Shown here in pieces: positions 42,394 through 53,335 of a DNA stretch of 64,000 bases. The stretch covers positions 1,051,141-1,115,140 of the forward strand of contig OX638324.1 in assembly GCA_951812825.1 (NCBI GenBank). Reading direction: 5' to 3'. The translations under genes were made by a program, and so were the position numbers. The notes below the pieces were generated by a model that was given only the letters and a program-made list of their open reading frames with translations, was not told the DNA's origin and searched no databases. The DNA is from an uncultured Dehalococcoidia bacterium (lineage in GTDB: Bacteria > Chloroflexota > Dehalococcoidia > Lucifugimonadales > GCA-2712585). Every line of letters starts with the position of its first letter. Within the stretch, counting starts at the first letter, position 1.

Positions 42394-43038
42394 CTATACG
42401 TTGGTAGCCACGTTTCCGGTGGCGGTTGTGGCGGCTATGCGAGGTCTGAGGTAGGAGACGAGGGCGTAGACGATGGGGGTGTCGAAGACGGCTACGCCTA
42501 CTTTTATGAGGTACTGGGTGTACATGAGCTTCCAGACTTCGCTGGCGGGGAAGGTCCCGGTGAAGGCTATGGATACGAACAGGGCGGTGTCGATGGCCTG
42601 AGAGACGGTGGTGGAGCCGATGTTTCGCAGCCATAGATGGCGCTTGTTTGTCAATCGTCGGAAGAGGTGGAAGAGGAGAACGTCGGTGTGCTGGCTGATC
42701 AGGTAGGCGATGAGGGAGGCAAGGACAATGCGGGGAACGGAACCCAGGATGGTATCGAAGGCAGCCTGATCGTCCCAGAAATCGGCGGCGGGGATAATCT
42801 TGGCCACGTATACCAGAAGGACCATGAGGGTGCTGAGGAACAGGCCCATCCATACGAGCCTGGTGGCGGTCCTGCGTCCGTAGAGTTCAGAGATGGTGTC
42901 GGTGACGAGGAAGGTGAAGGGGTAGGCGAGGATGCCGGCGGGGACGGCCCAGCCGTTAACGTCGAGGGGCTTAACGGCGATGACGTTGGCGACGACTACC
43001 AGGGTGGCGAATATCATGGACAGGGCAACCAGGGGCAT
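42394..43038 (-). CDS. yhhQ: YhhQ/VUT-family queuosine-precursor transporter
   Basis: VVANVIAVKP...AGILAYPFTFLVTDTISELYGRR. Start trimmed to Met52. Confidence 0.7.
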   Translation of the reverse strand: MPLVALSMIFATLVVVANVIAVKPLDVNGWAVPAGILAYPFTFLVTDTISELYGRRTATRLVWMGLFLSTLMVLLVYVAKIIPAADFWDDQAAFDTILGSVPRIVLASLIAYLISQHTDVLLFHLFRRLTNKRHLWLRNIGSTTVSQAIDTALFVSIAFTGTFPASEVWKLMYTQYLIKVGVAVFDTPIVYALVSYLRPRIAATTATGNVATNV

Positions 43039-43182
43039 TTTCCGTCCTGCGTGCGTGAGATTTGAGATTGCGGCTATTGTATGGGAGGAAATGGCGGATG
43101 GGTAGGGGGAGGGGGTAACGAGTGGGCCACCGCATCCGAAGGGGCCCGGACGCTTGTGAGGAATGGAGCGTAACAGGGCGAC

Positions 43183-43209
43183 GAGATTCATCGGCTTCGC
43201 ACAGAATGA
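43183..43209 (+). repeat. Intergenic repeat, module A (short variant)
   Basis: GAGATTCATCGGCTTCGCACAGAATGA. Confidence 0.6.
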
Positions 43210-43332
43210 AACGTGGGGGGTGGGCCTTGCTAGGGGGAGTTGCAGAGCCTATATTAGCGGCATGGTTTTTCTGACCCCATATACACGCATTTGCCGGCAG
43301 AGCAGCCCATGCGACGCCTTGACGGTTGCATC

Positions 43333-44214
43333 ATGATCAAAGCCGTGGGCATCGTCTACAACGCCCGGACTTCCAGGGCCAAGGATATGGCCGGGGAGAT
43401 TGCGGGTCTGGTTGGGAATGGGCGGGAGTTCTGGATGAAGTCGGCGGGGGAGCTTGGGGAGGGTGATGCGTCCCTGAAGGACACGGACCTGATTGTGACG
43501 GTGGGGGGCGACGGGACGATTCTACGGGCGGCAAAGGCGGCGGTGGCGTATGGGATTCCGCTTCTGGGGGTGAATATGGGGCGGTTGGGGTTTATGACGG
43601 AGCTGCGTCCTGCCGACGCGCTGGAGCGGATTCCGGGGTTTCTGGAGGGTGAGGGATGGATCGAGGAGCGGTCGATGTTGAAGGCGCAGGTTTTTGGGGA
43701 GTCGGAATCGGGGGGAGCGGGTTCTTCGGAGTCGGGATGGAATCACGCGTTGAACGACGTGGTGGTGACCCGGGGCGCGACGCCTCGGCTCATCTGGGTG
43801 AGGGCGCTGTTGGACGGGGCGGAGTTGACGTCTTACCGGGCGGACGCGGTGATAGTAAGCAGCGCGACGGGGAGCACGGGGTATAACCTCTCTTCGGGCG
43901 GGCCGATTCTGGACCCACAGGCGCAGGAGATGGTGTTGAAGCCGGTGGCCCCGCACGTGGGCCTGGCGACGGCGGTTGTGCTGCCGCCTATGGTTTCCAT
44001 AGAGCTGCGAGTTGAGTCCTACGATGGGGCTTTGCTGAGTGTGGACGGCTATCTGAACGAGCCGGTGGAGCAGGGGTCAGGGGTGCGGATTCAGCAGAGC
44101 GAGCGGAAGGCGAAGTTTCTGAGGGAGCGGAGCAGCCAGGAATTTTACGCCAGCCTGACGCGTCGATTGGGGTTCTGGGGAGGGATGGGCGCTGGCAGGG
44201 CGGTGTTCTACTAG
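43333..44214 (+). CDS. nadK: NAD+ kinase
   Basis: DLIVTVGGDGTILRAAK...GVNMGRLGFMTE...SSATGSTGYNLSSGGP. Confidence 0.9.
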   Translation: MIKAVGIVYNARTSRAKDMAGEIAGLVGNGREFWMKSAGELGEGDASLKDTDLIVTVGGDGTILRAAKAAVAYGIPLLGVNMGRLGFMTELRPADALERIPGFLEGEGWIEERSMLKAQVFGESESGGAGSSESGWNHALNDVVVTRGATPRLIWVRALLDGAELTSYRADAVIVSSATGSTGYNLSSGGPILDPQAQEMVLKPVAPHVGLATAVVLPPMVSIELRVESYDGALLSVDGYLNEPVEQGSGVRIQQSERKAKFLRERSSQEFYASLTRRLGFWGGMGAGRAVFY

Positions 44215-44217
44215 AGG

Positions 44218-44760
44218 ATGGAAATGACGATGGGTTCGGGGGAGCCTACGGAGGAGAGCCGTCTGGCTTTCGAGGGGAGGCTTTTCGACGTACGGGTGGA
44301 CAGGGTGAGGCTGCCGAACGGTCGTCGGACAACGCGGGAAATCGTCATTGCGCCGAACAGCGTTTGCGTGGTGCCGGTGGACGCGGAGGGGAACGTTTAC
44401 CTGGTCCGCCAGTATCGGAAGCCGCCGGAACGGCTGATACTGGAGGTGGTGGCGGGGGGCGTTGACAAGGGGGAGGCGGCAGAAGAGGCGGCGCGCCGGG
44501 AGCTTCAGGAGGAGGCTGGGTTGAAGGCGGAGTCGATGGAGCTATTGAGTTTCTTCTGGATGTCGCCGGGGTTCTGCACTGAGGGGATGCACGCGTATCT
44601 GGCGACGGGGTTGCGGATGGGGGAGAACGCCCCGGAGGAGGACGAGAGTATTGAGGTGGTGCGGGTTGGGCTGTCGGATGTGCCGGAGCTTATCGCTTCG
44701 GGGGAGATTCAGGACTGCAAGAGCATAGCGTCGCTGATGCTGGCGTTGGGGCGGGTGTAG
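44218..44760 (+). CDS. NUDIX hydrolase (ADP-ribose pyrophosphatase-like)
   Basis: Nudix box GGVDKGEAAEEAARRELQEEAGL. Confidence 0.8.
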   Translation: MEMTMGSGEPTEESRLAFEGRLFDVRVDRVRLPNGRRTTREIVIAPNSVCVVPVDAEGNVYLVRQYRKPPERLILEVVAGGVDKGEAAEEAARRELQEEAGLKAESMELLSFFWMSPGFCTEGMHAYLATGLRMGENAPEEDESIEVVRVGLSDVPELIASGEIQDCKSIASLMLALGRV

Positions 44761-44832
44761 GGGGTGGATGCGTTGTCAGTAATCGCCGCATCTGATAGTA
44801 TTTCATTTCACTAACGAGCGGATAGGCAGGGC

Positions 44833-44859
44833 GAGATTCTTCGCTGCCCTCAGAATGAC
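44833..44859 (+). repeat. Intergenic repeat, module A (short variant)
   Basis: GAGATTCTTCGCTGCCCTCAGAATGAC. Confidence 0.7.
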
Positions 44860-44881
44860 GTATAAGGGAAAGGGATAGCAG

Positions 44882-46558
44882 TTGCTAGAGCACGATGTTT
44901 TGGTAGTAGGGGCCGGTCTGGCTGGAATGCGAGCAGCCTTGGCGGCCCACCAGAGCGGAGCCAACGTAGCCATCATCAGCAAGGTTCATCCCGTACGAAG
45001 CCACTCCAACGCCGCGCAGGGGGGCATCAACGCCGCCCTGACGGACAGGGGTGACAACTGGGAGGACCACGCCTTCGACACCATCAAGGGGAGCGATTAC
45101 CTGGGAGACCAGGACGCCATCGAGTACATGTGCACGGAGGCGGGGCCGGAGCTCATCGACCTTGAGCACATGGGGGTCATTTTCAACCGGGACGACGAGG
45201 GGCGGCTGGGAACGAGGGCCTTCGGCGGTCAGCAGAGGGCGAGGACGTTCTTCGTGGCGGACTTCACGGGCCAGGCCATCCTTCACGTGCTGTACGAGCA
45301 GCTTATGAAGGCAGACGTGCGCGTTTACGAGGAGTGGTTCGTCCTTGAGTTGATAGTGGAAGAGGGGGAGTGTTGCGGGGTGATCGCCATGGAGATCGCC
45401 ACGGGCAGTGTGTTCGTCATCCGGGCCAAGTCGGTAATCCTGTGCACGGGCGGGCTGGGGCGGCTCTTCGAGCCGAGCACCAACGCCTTGATTGTGACAG
45501 GAGACGGCATCGCGCTGGCGTACCAGGTGGGCGCGCCGGTGATGGACATGGAGATGGTGCAGTACCATCCCACGACGTTGAAGGGCAGCGGGGTGCTGAT
45601 TACGGAGGGGGCGAGAGGCGAAGGGGCGCACTTGCTGAACAAGGACGGCGAGCGGTTCATGCAGCGGTACGCTCCGAACATGATGGAACTGGCCTCCAGA
45701 GACGTGGTTTCGCGGTCGGAGCAGACGGAGATTGACGAGGGGCGGGGCATTGACGGCTGCGTTCTCCTCGACTGTCGGCATCTGGGCGAAGACCTGATTG
45801 CAGAACGGCTTTCGCAGATATTAGAAATAGGCATGGACTTTGCGGGGGTGGATATTCGGAAGGAGCCTATCCCCATTCAGCCCGGGATGCACTACATCAT
45901 GGGCGGCATCAAGACGGACATGGACGGGCGGACGATTGTGCCGGGGCTGTACGCCGCCGGCGAGTGCGCCAACGTTAGCGTCCACGGTGGGAACCGGCTG
46001 GGAGCGAATTCGCTGCTGGACACGGTGGTGTTCGGACATCGTTCCGGGCGTCACGCCGCCGACTGGGCCAACGGGAAGGCGTACCGGGACCTGAACGTCG
46101 ATGATTATGTGGATGGGAAGGAGAAGGAATTCTCCGACTTATTCTCCAGGCAGACAGACGAACGGTGGTCGCAGATCCGGCTGGACCTGGGCAAGGCCAT
46201 GGACCGTTACATGGGCGTCTACCGGGACGAGGAGGGGATGCAGAGTCTGTTGGCCATGCTGCCCGGGTTCCGGGAGCGGTTTGCGCAGGCCTCGCTACAG
46301 GACAAGGGTCGGGTGTTCAACACGGACCTGATATTCACGCTGGAGCTTGGCTTCATGCTGGACTGCGCCGAATCGATCGTTCTGGGGGGCATCGAGAGGA
46401 AAGAGAGCCGGGGGGCGCATTCCCGGACTGACTACCCGAACCGAGACGACGAGAACTGGTTGAAGCACGTACTGGTCACGCGGACAGACGATGGACCTGA
46501 GGTGTCGCAACTGCCGGTGACCATCACAAAATGGCAGCCCGAGGAGAGGAAGTACTGA
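44882..46558 (+). CDS. sdhA: Succinate dehydrogenase/fumarate reductase flavoprotein subunit
   Basis: [31 protein letters not shown] (FAD-His region), HYIMGGI. TTG start. Confidence 0.9.
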   Translation: MLEHDVLVVGAGLAGMRAALAAHQSGANVAIISKVHPVRSHSNAAQGGINAALTDRGDNWEDHAFDTIKGSDYLGDQDAIEYMCTEAGPELIDLEHMGVIFNRDDEGRLGTRAFGGQQRARTFFVADFTGQAILHVLYEQLMKADVRVYEEWFVLELIVEEGECCGVIAMEIATGSVFVIRAKSVILCTGGLGRLFEPSTNALIVTGDGIALAYQVGAPVMDMEMVQYHPTTLKGSGVLITEGARGEGAHLLNKDGERFMQRYAPNMMELASRDVVSRSEQTEIDEGRGIDGCVLLDCRHLGEDLIAERLSQILEIGMDFAGVDIRKEPIPIQPGMHYIMGGIKTDMDGRTIVPGLYAAGECANVSVHGGNRLGANSLLDTVVFGHRSGRHAADWANGKAYRDLNVDDYVDGKEKEFSDLFSRQTDERWSQIRLDLGKAMDRYMGVYRDEEGMQSLLAMLPGFRERFAQASLQDKGRVFNTDLIFTLELGFMLDCAESIVLGGIERKESRGAHSRTDYPNRDDENWLKHVLVTRTDDGPEVSQLPVTITKWQPEERKY

Positions 46559-47532
46559 TGCAGATAACAGTTTCGGTACGCCGATACAACCCGCAGGACA
46601 AAGAGACCCCTTCCTACTGGCAGGAGTACTCGCTGGAGGTGGAGGAAACTTCCAGCGTATTGGACTCGCTGATAAAGATTCGCGAGGAAGAGGACGGCAG
46701 TCTGGCGCTGAGGTGCAGCTGCCGGAGCGCCATCTGCGGCTCCTGCGCCATGCGAATCAACGGCCATGCCAAGCTGGCCTGCAACACGAAGGTATCCGAT
46801 GTGGCGGAGGACGGGGGGACGATTAAGGTCGAGCCCGCCGGGGTGATGCCGGTCATCAAGGACCTGGTGGTGGACCAGACCCTGTTCTGGGACAAGGTGA
46901 AACAGGTTTCGCCGTGGCTTCAACCGGAAGGCGAGGAGCCGGAGGCGGAATATCTGGCGCCGAACTCGGACATGACGCACCTGGCGGGGGTTATGGCGTG
47001 CATAATGTGTGGGGCCTGCGTTTCCGACTGCACGGTGCTGGAGATGGACCCGAACTTCATCGGGCCGGCGGCGCTGGCAAAGGCGTACCGGTTCGCGGCG
47101 GACCCGCGGGACGACCAGGACGCTTCGCGTCTGGCGGCGCTGAGCGAATACGGCGGCGTCTGGGACTGCACCCGCTGCTACGAGTGCGTGGAGGTGTGTC
47201 CGAAGGGAGTCGCGCCGATGGACAGGATTATGGCGCTGAGGGACAGGGCCATGGAGGCCGGTTACACAAACAACAACGGAGCGCGACACACGGACGCCTT
47301 CGAGGCGTCGGTGTCGCACAGCGGCCGGTTGAACGAGCTGACGCTGCCCATCAAGTCCTTCGGAGTCCTGAACCTGCCAGCGCAGATGAGCATGGCGCCG
47401 GTGGCCATACGGGCGCTGATGCGTCGGAAGATTCCGCCGATCATCCACAAGTCGGTGCCAGGGGTGAAGAATGTGCGGCGACTGGTTGAGAGCGTCAAAG
47501 AAGAGCAGCAGGACGAGCAGGCTGCTGGGTAA
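46558..47532 (+). CDS. sdhB: Succinate dehydrogenase/fumarate reductase iron-sulfur subunit
   Basis: CRSAICGSCAM, CIMCGACVSDC and CTRCYECVEVCP clusters. The ATG overlaps the sdhA TGA. Confidence 0.9.
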   Translation: MQITVSVRRYNPQDKETPSYWQEYSLEVEETSSVLDSLIKIREEEDGSLALRCSCRSAICGSCAMRINGHAKLACNTKVSDVAEDGGTIKVEPAGVMPVIKDLVVDQTLFWDKVKQVSPWLQPEGEEPEAEYLAPNSDMTHLAGVMACIMCGACVSDCTVLEMDPNFIGPAALAKAYRFAADPRDDQDASRLAALSEYGGVWDCTRCYECVEVCPKGVAPMDRIMALRDRAMEAGYTNNNGARHTDAFEASVSHSGRLNELTLPIKSFGVLNLPAQMSMAPVAIRALMRRKIPPIIHKSVPGVKNVRRLVESVKEEQQDEQAAG

Positions 47533-47553
47533 ATTTAAAGTAGGAGGGCCGGA

Positions 47554-48444
47554 GTGAAGTACGCCTTCTTTCCGGGATGTGTGTCAAGAGGAGGGTGCCC
47601 GGAGCTGTATCCGGCCACCATAAAGGTCTGCGAGCGGCTAGGTCTCGAGTTGGACGGCCTGGACAAGCGCGGGGCCACGTGCACGGGCGCGGGGGTGCTG
47701 CAGGAGAAGAACCTGTTCCTGGGGGACGTGTTCAACGCCAGGACTTTCGCTATGGCGGAGGAGCTGGACCTGCCCCTGCTGACGATTTGCAGCACGTGCC
47801 AGGGGGTGATGAGCCAGGCCAACAAGCGGCTGAAGGACGACGCGGATTATCTGGCGCGGGTGAACGCTCACCTGGCTTTAGAGGGGTTGAAGTATAAGGG
47901 AACGGCGCAGCCGCGGCACCTGCTTTGGACGCTGATCGAGGACGTGGGGATTGAGGAGCTGAAGAGCTTTGTGATTCGTCCATTGACGAACCTGCGGGTG
48001 GCGCCCTTCTACGGGTGCTACATGGTAAGGCCGTCGGACGCGCTGGAGTTCAAGCTGTACCCGGAGCGGGAGGACTCGCTGGAGCGGGTGATGTCGGCGC
48101 TGGGGGCGGACGTGGTGGACTTCCCGGGGAAGACGCGATGCTGCGGGTTCCCGATTCTGACCATCAACGAGCGGAATTCAGTGAAGATGGTGGCGCTGCA
48201 TACGTCGGACGCCAAGGACCTGGGGGCGGACGCGTTGGTAACGCCGTGTCCGTTGTGTCATCTGAACCTGGACGGGTATCAGCCGAAGGCGATGCAGCAG
48301 GCGCAGCGGGACATCGACATTCCGATTATTCATCTGCCGCAGCTTCTTGGGCTGGCGATGGGATTCGACGCCAAGGAGATGGGGCTTTCGCGGCACATCA
48401 TCTCGGCGAAGCGGGTGTTGAGCAAGATTAAGGTGCCCGCGTAG
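47554..48444 (+). CDS. HdrB-like CCG-domain subunit (type-E succinate:quinone oxidoreductase SdhE-like)
   Basis: Two CCG-type cysteine motifs (FFPGC...CTGAG...CSTCQ; FYGCY...CCGFP...CPLCHLN). AGGAGG SD before the GTG at 47554. Confidence 0.8.
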   Translation: MKYAFFPGCVSRGGCPELYPATIKVCERLGLELDGLDKRGATCTGAGVLQEKNLFLGDVFNARTFAMAEELDLPLLTICSTCQGVMSQANKRLKDDADYLARVNAHLALEGLKYKGTAQPRHLLWTLIEDVGIEELKSFVIRPLTNLRVAPFYGCYMVRPSDALEFKLYPEREDSLERVMSALGADVVDFPGKTRCCGFPILTINERNSVKMVALHTSDAKDLGADALVTPCPLCHLNLDGYQPKAMQQAQRDIDIPIIHLPQLLGLAMGFDAKEMGLSRHIISAKRVLSKIKVPA

Positions 48445-48460
48445 TTCTTTTTCCCTTAGC

Positions 48461-48478
48461 GGGAAGGGTTCCCTTTTT
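48461..48478 (+). terminator. Weak intrinsic terminator candidate after sdhE
   Basis: GGGAA-GGG-TTCCC followed by TTTTTCTGTTT. The stem is only 5 bp. Confidence 0.35.
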
Positions 48479-48782
48479 CTGTTTCCGGTCAACGCCCACA
48501 ACCATTTGTCGTGTCGTTGCTTTGCGCGGATGATTCCGCAGCTTGAAATGGCAGGTTCTTCGGAGATTCTTCTTTGCCCTCTCCAAACGAGTGGTGACAC
48601 TCCAGGTATCAGCGTAACCGGTTTTGCTGGGATACGCGTTTACTTCAGAGAGGTTGGCACAAGTCCTTGATTCTGAACTTATCTCTACAATGTGCTGGGT
48701 GTGAACACAGCATTCAAGGACAGAGCATAAATTGGGAGAATGAAGTTCCAAGCTCCCAGCTGATTGAGCAGGAGATATAGAT

Positions 48783-48968
48783 TTGCCAATCCGGCCCACG
48801 TGGTATGAAGCCCATCCTTCAGCTTGTACCTGTGTAGAGTGTCAGCGTTTGTTGGCAATGGGAGCGCTTGACCCCAAGCCAAGTAAACAGAATCAGAAGA
48901 AGCGCAAGAAGAATCGGAAGAAAAGAGGGAAGAAACAGCGTGGGCAAAACAGACGGAAGAAGAAGTAA
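48783..48968 (+). CDS. Doubtful small ORF: 61 aa, Cys-containing N-terminus and Lys/Arg-rich tail
   Basis: TTG start, no SD. ...HPSACTCVECQRLL...KKRKKNRKKRGKKQRGQNRRKKK. It lies in an AT-richer orphan region. Confidence 0.2.
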   Translation: MPIRPTWYEAHPSACTCVECQRLLAMGALDPKPSKQNQKKRKKNRKKRGKKQRGQNRRKKK

Positions 48969-49130
48969 GGCTTTGCCGGAAACTGCTGGGAATTCGCGAT
49001 AGTTTCTATTCGGAGTGGGGCTTGGGGCAGGTCGGACTCATCTGATGGGTGAGCCCAATTGCCGTATCCCAGAGTCGACTATCGGGCAACACGGGCGACC
49101 TTTGAAGCCCCCGCGTTGCCTGCATCGACG

Positions 49131-50183
49131 TCATTGGAGGGGGAGGGGGGACTGGAGCCACTTCGAGGTGTCGTTGACTTCGAGGGTTGTGACCCACTTG
49201 ACCCACTGGTAGCCGCGCCGGCCGGGGGCGACGAGGCGGAGGGGGAAGCCGTGGCGGTGGGAGAGGGTTTCGTCGCCGACGGTGGTGGCGAGGAGGAGTT
49301 CTTCGGTTTCGTCAATGGAGAATCGGCGGGTGTAGCCGGTGACGGATCGGACGGTGACGCTGGCGGCTTCGGGGTTGAGACCGGCGCGGTCGAGGAGTTC
49401 TCGAAGGGGGATGCCCGTCCAGTGCTGGGTAGAGTGCCAGCCGCCGGTGCAGTCGAGGGTGGCAGTCATTCGAGTGTCGTGGGCGGTAATTTCGTCGTAG
49501 GGGATGGAGAGTTGTCGCTGGACGTGGCCGGTTACTCGTAGAGTCCAGTCTGCGGGTTCGATGCGGTCGGGGTCGTCGTTGATCCAGGAGGTGGTGGGAA
49601 AGCTGTTGCCGGAGAAGCTGGCGGCGGCATAGGAGCCGGTGAATCGGCGCTGGCTGCCGGGGAGCTTGAGGCCGCTCGTGGTGAATTCCACTAGCTGCCA
49701 GAGGGCGAGGCCCGCGAGGGCGAGGCCGCCGGTTCGGAGGAAGTTCCGCCGTTGTGCCCAGAAGATGGGGCGGAGGGTCCAGCGCTTGGAGAGGGCGTGG
49801 CCGAGGAGAAGGGGGGCGAGGGGGACGGAGACGTAGATGTGCCAGCTGACGCCGCTGAAGCCCTGAAATTTGAAGGGGCCGGTGTGGCTCCAGGCGAGGG
49901 CGAGGCTGACGGAGAGGGCCAGGAGGAGGACGATGGCGAGGGAGGCGTAGGGGATGGGTGTGGGGGAGGTTTTTCTCGCGCGGAGACGTCGGATCCTGGA
50001 GAGGGAGCGGAAGATGTTGCGGCTCTTCCAGAGGAAGACGGCGAGGATTGAGAAGCCGAGGATGCGGTGGAGGTGGAGGTAGATGGCGCGGTCGGAGGAG
50101 CCGGAGACGAGGCCAAAGAGTCCGGTGGCCAGCTCGGCGGCGAGGAGGAAGAGGAGGATGACGTTGGCCCAGGGGTATGGCAT
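49131..50183 (-). CDS. Molybdopterin-dependent oxidoreductase (MsrP/YedY-like domain) with N-terminal polytopic membrane domain
   Basis: The N-terminal ~160 aa has about 5 hydrophobic helices with His residues. The C-terminal domain reads TATLDCTGGWHSTQHWTGIPLRELL...GFPLRLVAPGRRGYQWVKWV. Confidence 0.7.
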   Translation of the reverse strand: MPYPWANVILLFLLAAELATGLFGLVSGSSDRAIYLHLHRILGFSILAVFLWKSRNIFRSLSRIRRLRARKTSPTPIPYASLAIVLLLALSVSLALAWSHTGPFKFQGFSGVSWHIYVSVPLAPLLLGHALSKRWTLRPIFWAQRRNFLRTGGLALAGLALWQLVEFTTSGLKLPGSQRRFTGSYAAASFSGNSFPTTSWINDDPDRIEPADWTLRVTGHVQRQLSIPYDEITAHDTRMTATLDCTGGWHSTQHWTGIPLRELLDRAGLNPEAASVTVRSVTGYTRRFSIDETEELLLATTVGDETLSHRHGFPLRLVAPGRRGYQWVKWVTTLEVNDTSKWLQSPLPLQ

Positions 50184-50334
50184 TCTTCAAGACGCCTTTT
50201 GGTTGGTGGGGGTGATGTTAAGGGGATTTTAGCGCAGGGGGTACTGTTTGGCTACGAAGGGGGGAGGGGATTGGATTGAGTGTATAATGGAGGACGTTGG
50301 GGGAAGTCATCGAAAAGGCGGTTGAGCAAGCGGG

Positions 50335-50580
50335 ATGATTGTGAGAATACCCATAGTGTTGGAGCCTCAGCCTGAAGGGGGGTATACGGTTACCTCCCCG
50401 TTGCTGCCAGAGCTGATTACGGAGGGAGATACGGTGGGAGAGGCGCTGGCAAACGTTGAGGATGCGTTTGCGGCGGTGGCAGAGATTTACGAGGATAGGA
50501 GGCAGCCCTTGCCGCGTAGCATCTACGTGGACGAGGCCAATGGTCCACTATCCGTTGAGGCAATCGTCTCCCTGCCTTGA
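50335..50580 (+). CDS. hicB: HicB-family antitoxin
   Basis: IPIVLEPQPEGGYTVTSPLLPELITEGDTVGEALANVEDA (UPF0150/HicB fold pattern). It overlaps hicA. Confidence 0.7.
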   Translation: MIVRIPIVLEPQPEGGYTVTSPLLPELITEGDTVGEALANVEDAFAAVAEIYEDRRQPLPRSIYVDEANGPLSVEAIVSLP

Positions 50581-50789
50581 GATATAGAGATGCTGCCCGC
50601 AAGCTAACCCAGCTTGAGTGTTATGAGATTCCGAGGCGTGGCAGGGGGTCTCATAGAAAGTGGTTCAATCCTGGAACGCAAAGATATGCCGTATTGCCTG
50701 ACTGGGGAGGGCGGGATTTAAGAATGGGAACCTTGCGTTCAGCTATCAGGCAACTGGGCATAGGATGGGAAGAGTTTCAGCAATCTTGA
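50577..50789 (+). CDS. hicA: HicA-family mRNA interferase toxin
   Basis: ARKLTQLECYEIPRRGRGSHRKWFNP. The TTG start overlaps the hicB stop (TTGA). Confidence 0.7.
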   Translation: MRYRDAARKLTQLECYEIPRRGRGSHRKWFNPGTQRYAVLPDWGGRDLRMGTLRSAIRQLGIGWEEFQQS

Positions 50790-50847
50790 GAGAAGTGCAG
50801 GCTGGTGATGTAGTTTTGATACCTTAGAGAGGTATCGCTACTGCAAC

Positions 50848-50881
50848 GAGATTCTTCGTCGAGGGGCCTCCTCAGAATGAC
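50848..50881 (+). repeat. Intergenic repeat, module A
   Basis: GAGATTCTTCGTCGAGGGGCCTCCTCAGAATGAC. Confidence 0.8.
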
Positions 50882-50896
50882 ATGAGGGAGCAGGGG

Positions 50897-52189
50897 TTAG
50901 GGGTGGAGGGTGGGGATGACGGTTTGGAAGGCCTGGATGGTCTGGGATATGTCGTCGTCGGTGTGGGCGAGGGAGGGGTAGAACTTCTGGGGGCCCTGGA
51001 AGATGCCCTGCTCCTGGATGAGGTTGCGGAAGCGGGCCTTGATGGCGTTGTCGGCGGTGAGGGTGGAGCGGTAGTCTGAGATAGGATCGCTGGTGAAGAT
51101 GATGTCGAAGACGGGGTCTTCGCCGGTGGTCTGGGCGGGGATTTCGGCTTGGGCGCAGGCTGTTTCCAAGGCATCGCGGAGTTTTCGTCCAACAGCCCAG
51201 ATGCGTTCGTAGGCTCCTTCTTTGCGGAGTTCGGCGAGGGTGGCGAGGCCGGCGGCGCAGGCAACGGGGTTGCCGTTAAGGGTGCCGATCTGGCCGACGT
51301 GGTCTGCGGCGTCGGCTTTGGTTGAGTCGTACGGCGACATGATTTCCTCGCGGCCGCAGACGGCGGCGAGGGCGTAGCCACCACCCATAATCTTACCCAC
51401 GGCGGTCAGGTCGGGGGTGACGCCGTAGTGTTCCTGGGCACCGCCGTATGCGAGACGGAAGCCGGTGACCACTTCGTCGAAAATGAGGGGGATCTGGTAG
51501 TGGGCGGTGACTTCTCTGAGGGCCTGGAGGAACCCGGGCTGGGGGGCGAGGATGCGTTGCATGGGCTCGATGATGACGGCAGCGAGGTCGTCGTGGTTCT
51601 TTTCGATGATGGCAGCGGTGGTCTCGGCGTCGTTGAAGGGGGCGACGAGGACGGTGTCGGCGATGGCTTTGGGGATGCCGCCGCTGCTGGGGTCGGGCTG
51701 GGGGAAGGGGTTGAGGGTGCGGGGCGGGTTGCTCATGAGAGAATAATCGCTGGTGCCGTGGAAACCGCCCTCGAACTTGAGTATCTTGTCGCGGCGACGG
51801 AAGGCGCGGGCGATGCGGAGGGCCTGGAAGCAGGCGTCGGTGCCGCTGGTGGTGAAGCGGATTTTTTCGGCGCAGGGCACGGCCCGGACAAGCTCCTCCG
51901 CAAGCTCGACGGCGTACTGGTTGGTGGCGAAGAAGGTGCTGCCGCCCTGGACGGCTTCGATGACGGCCTCGACCACGCTGGGGTGGGCGTGGCCGAGGAC
52001 CATGGGGCCGGAACCCATGAGGTAGTCGATGTACTCGTTGCCGCTGACGTCCCAGATGCGGGAGCCGCTGCCCCTCTTGACGATAAAGGAATGGTCAACG
52101 TCAAGGGCAACATTGCCCAAGGACCCTTCCGGTAGAAACTTGCCGGCCTTCTGGAGGAGCAGGGCTTCTTCGTGTCCGCGGTTCAGCAT
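50897..52189 (-). CDS. Class-III aminotransferase (glutamate-1-semialdehyde aminomutase-like family)
   Basis: GSRIWDVSGNEYIDYLMGSGPMVLGHAHP...LIFDEVVTGFRL...DLTAVGKIMGGG. Confidence 0.75.
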   Translation of the reverse strand: MLNRGHEEALLLQKAGKFLPEGSLGNVALDVDHSFIVKRGSGSRIWDVSGNEYIDYLMGSGPMVLGHAHPSVVEAVIEAVQGGSTFFATNQYAVELAEELVRAVPCAEKIRFTTSGTDACFQALRIARAFRRRDKILKFEGGFHGTSDYSLMSNPPRTLNPFPQPDPSSGGIPKAIADTVLVAPFNDAETTAAIIEKNHDDLAAVIIEPMQRILAPQPGFLQALREVTAHYQIPLIFDEVVTGFRLAYGGAQEHYGVTPDLTAVGKIMGGGYALAAVCGREEIMSPYDSTKADAADHVGQIGTLNGNPVACAAGLATLAELRKEGAYERIWAVGRKLRDALETACAQAEIPAQTTGEDPVFDIIFTSDPISDYRSTLTADNAIKARFRNLIQEQGIFQGPQKFYPSLAHTDDDISQTIQAFQTVIPTLHP

Positions 52190-52216
52190 GGGGACTTCCG
52201 GGCTGTTGATTAGTGG

Positions 52217-53306
<1,090 letters not shown>

Positions 53307-53335
53307 TTTGAGGAAAGTGACGGGTCGGGCATGGG

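Noticed and set aside
43039-43190. preQ1 riboswitch expected upstream of the YhhQ-type queuosine-precursor transporter.
   Set aside because: Reading the minus-strand leader, I found no preQ1-I/II core (no CCC...TAAAAAACTA-type element). The region instead carries a module-A repeat.
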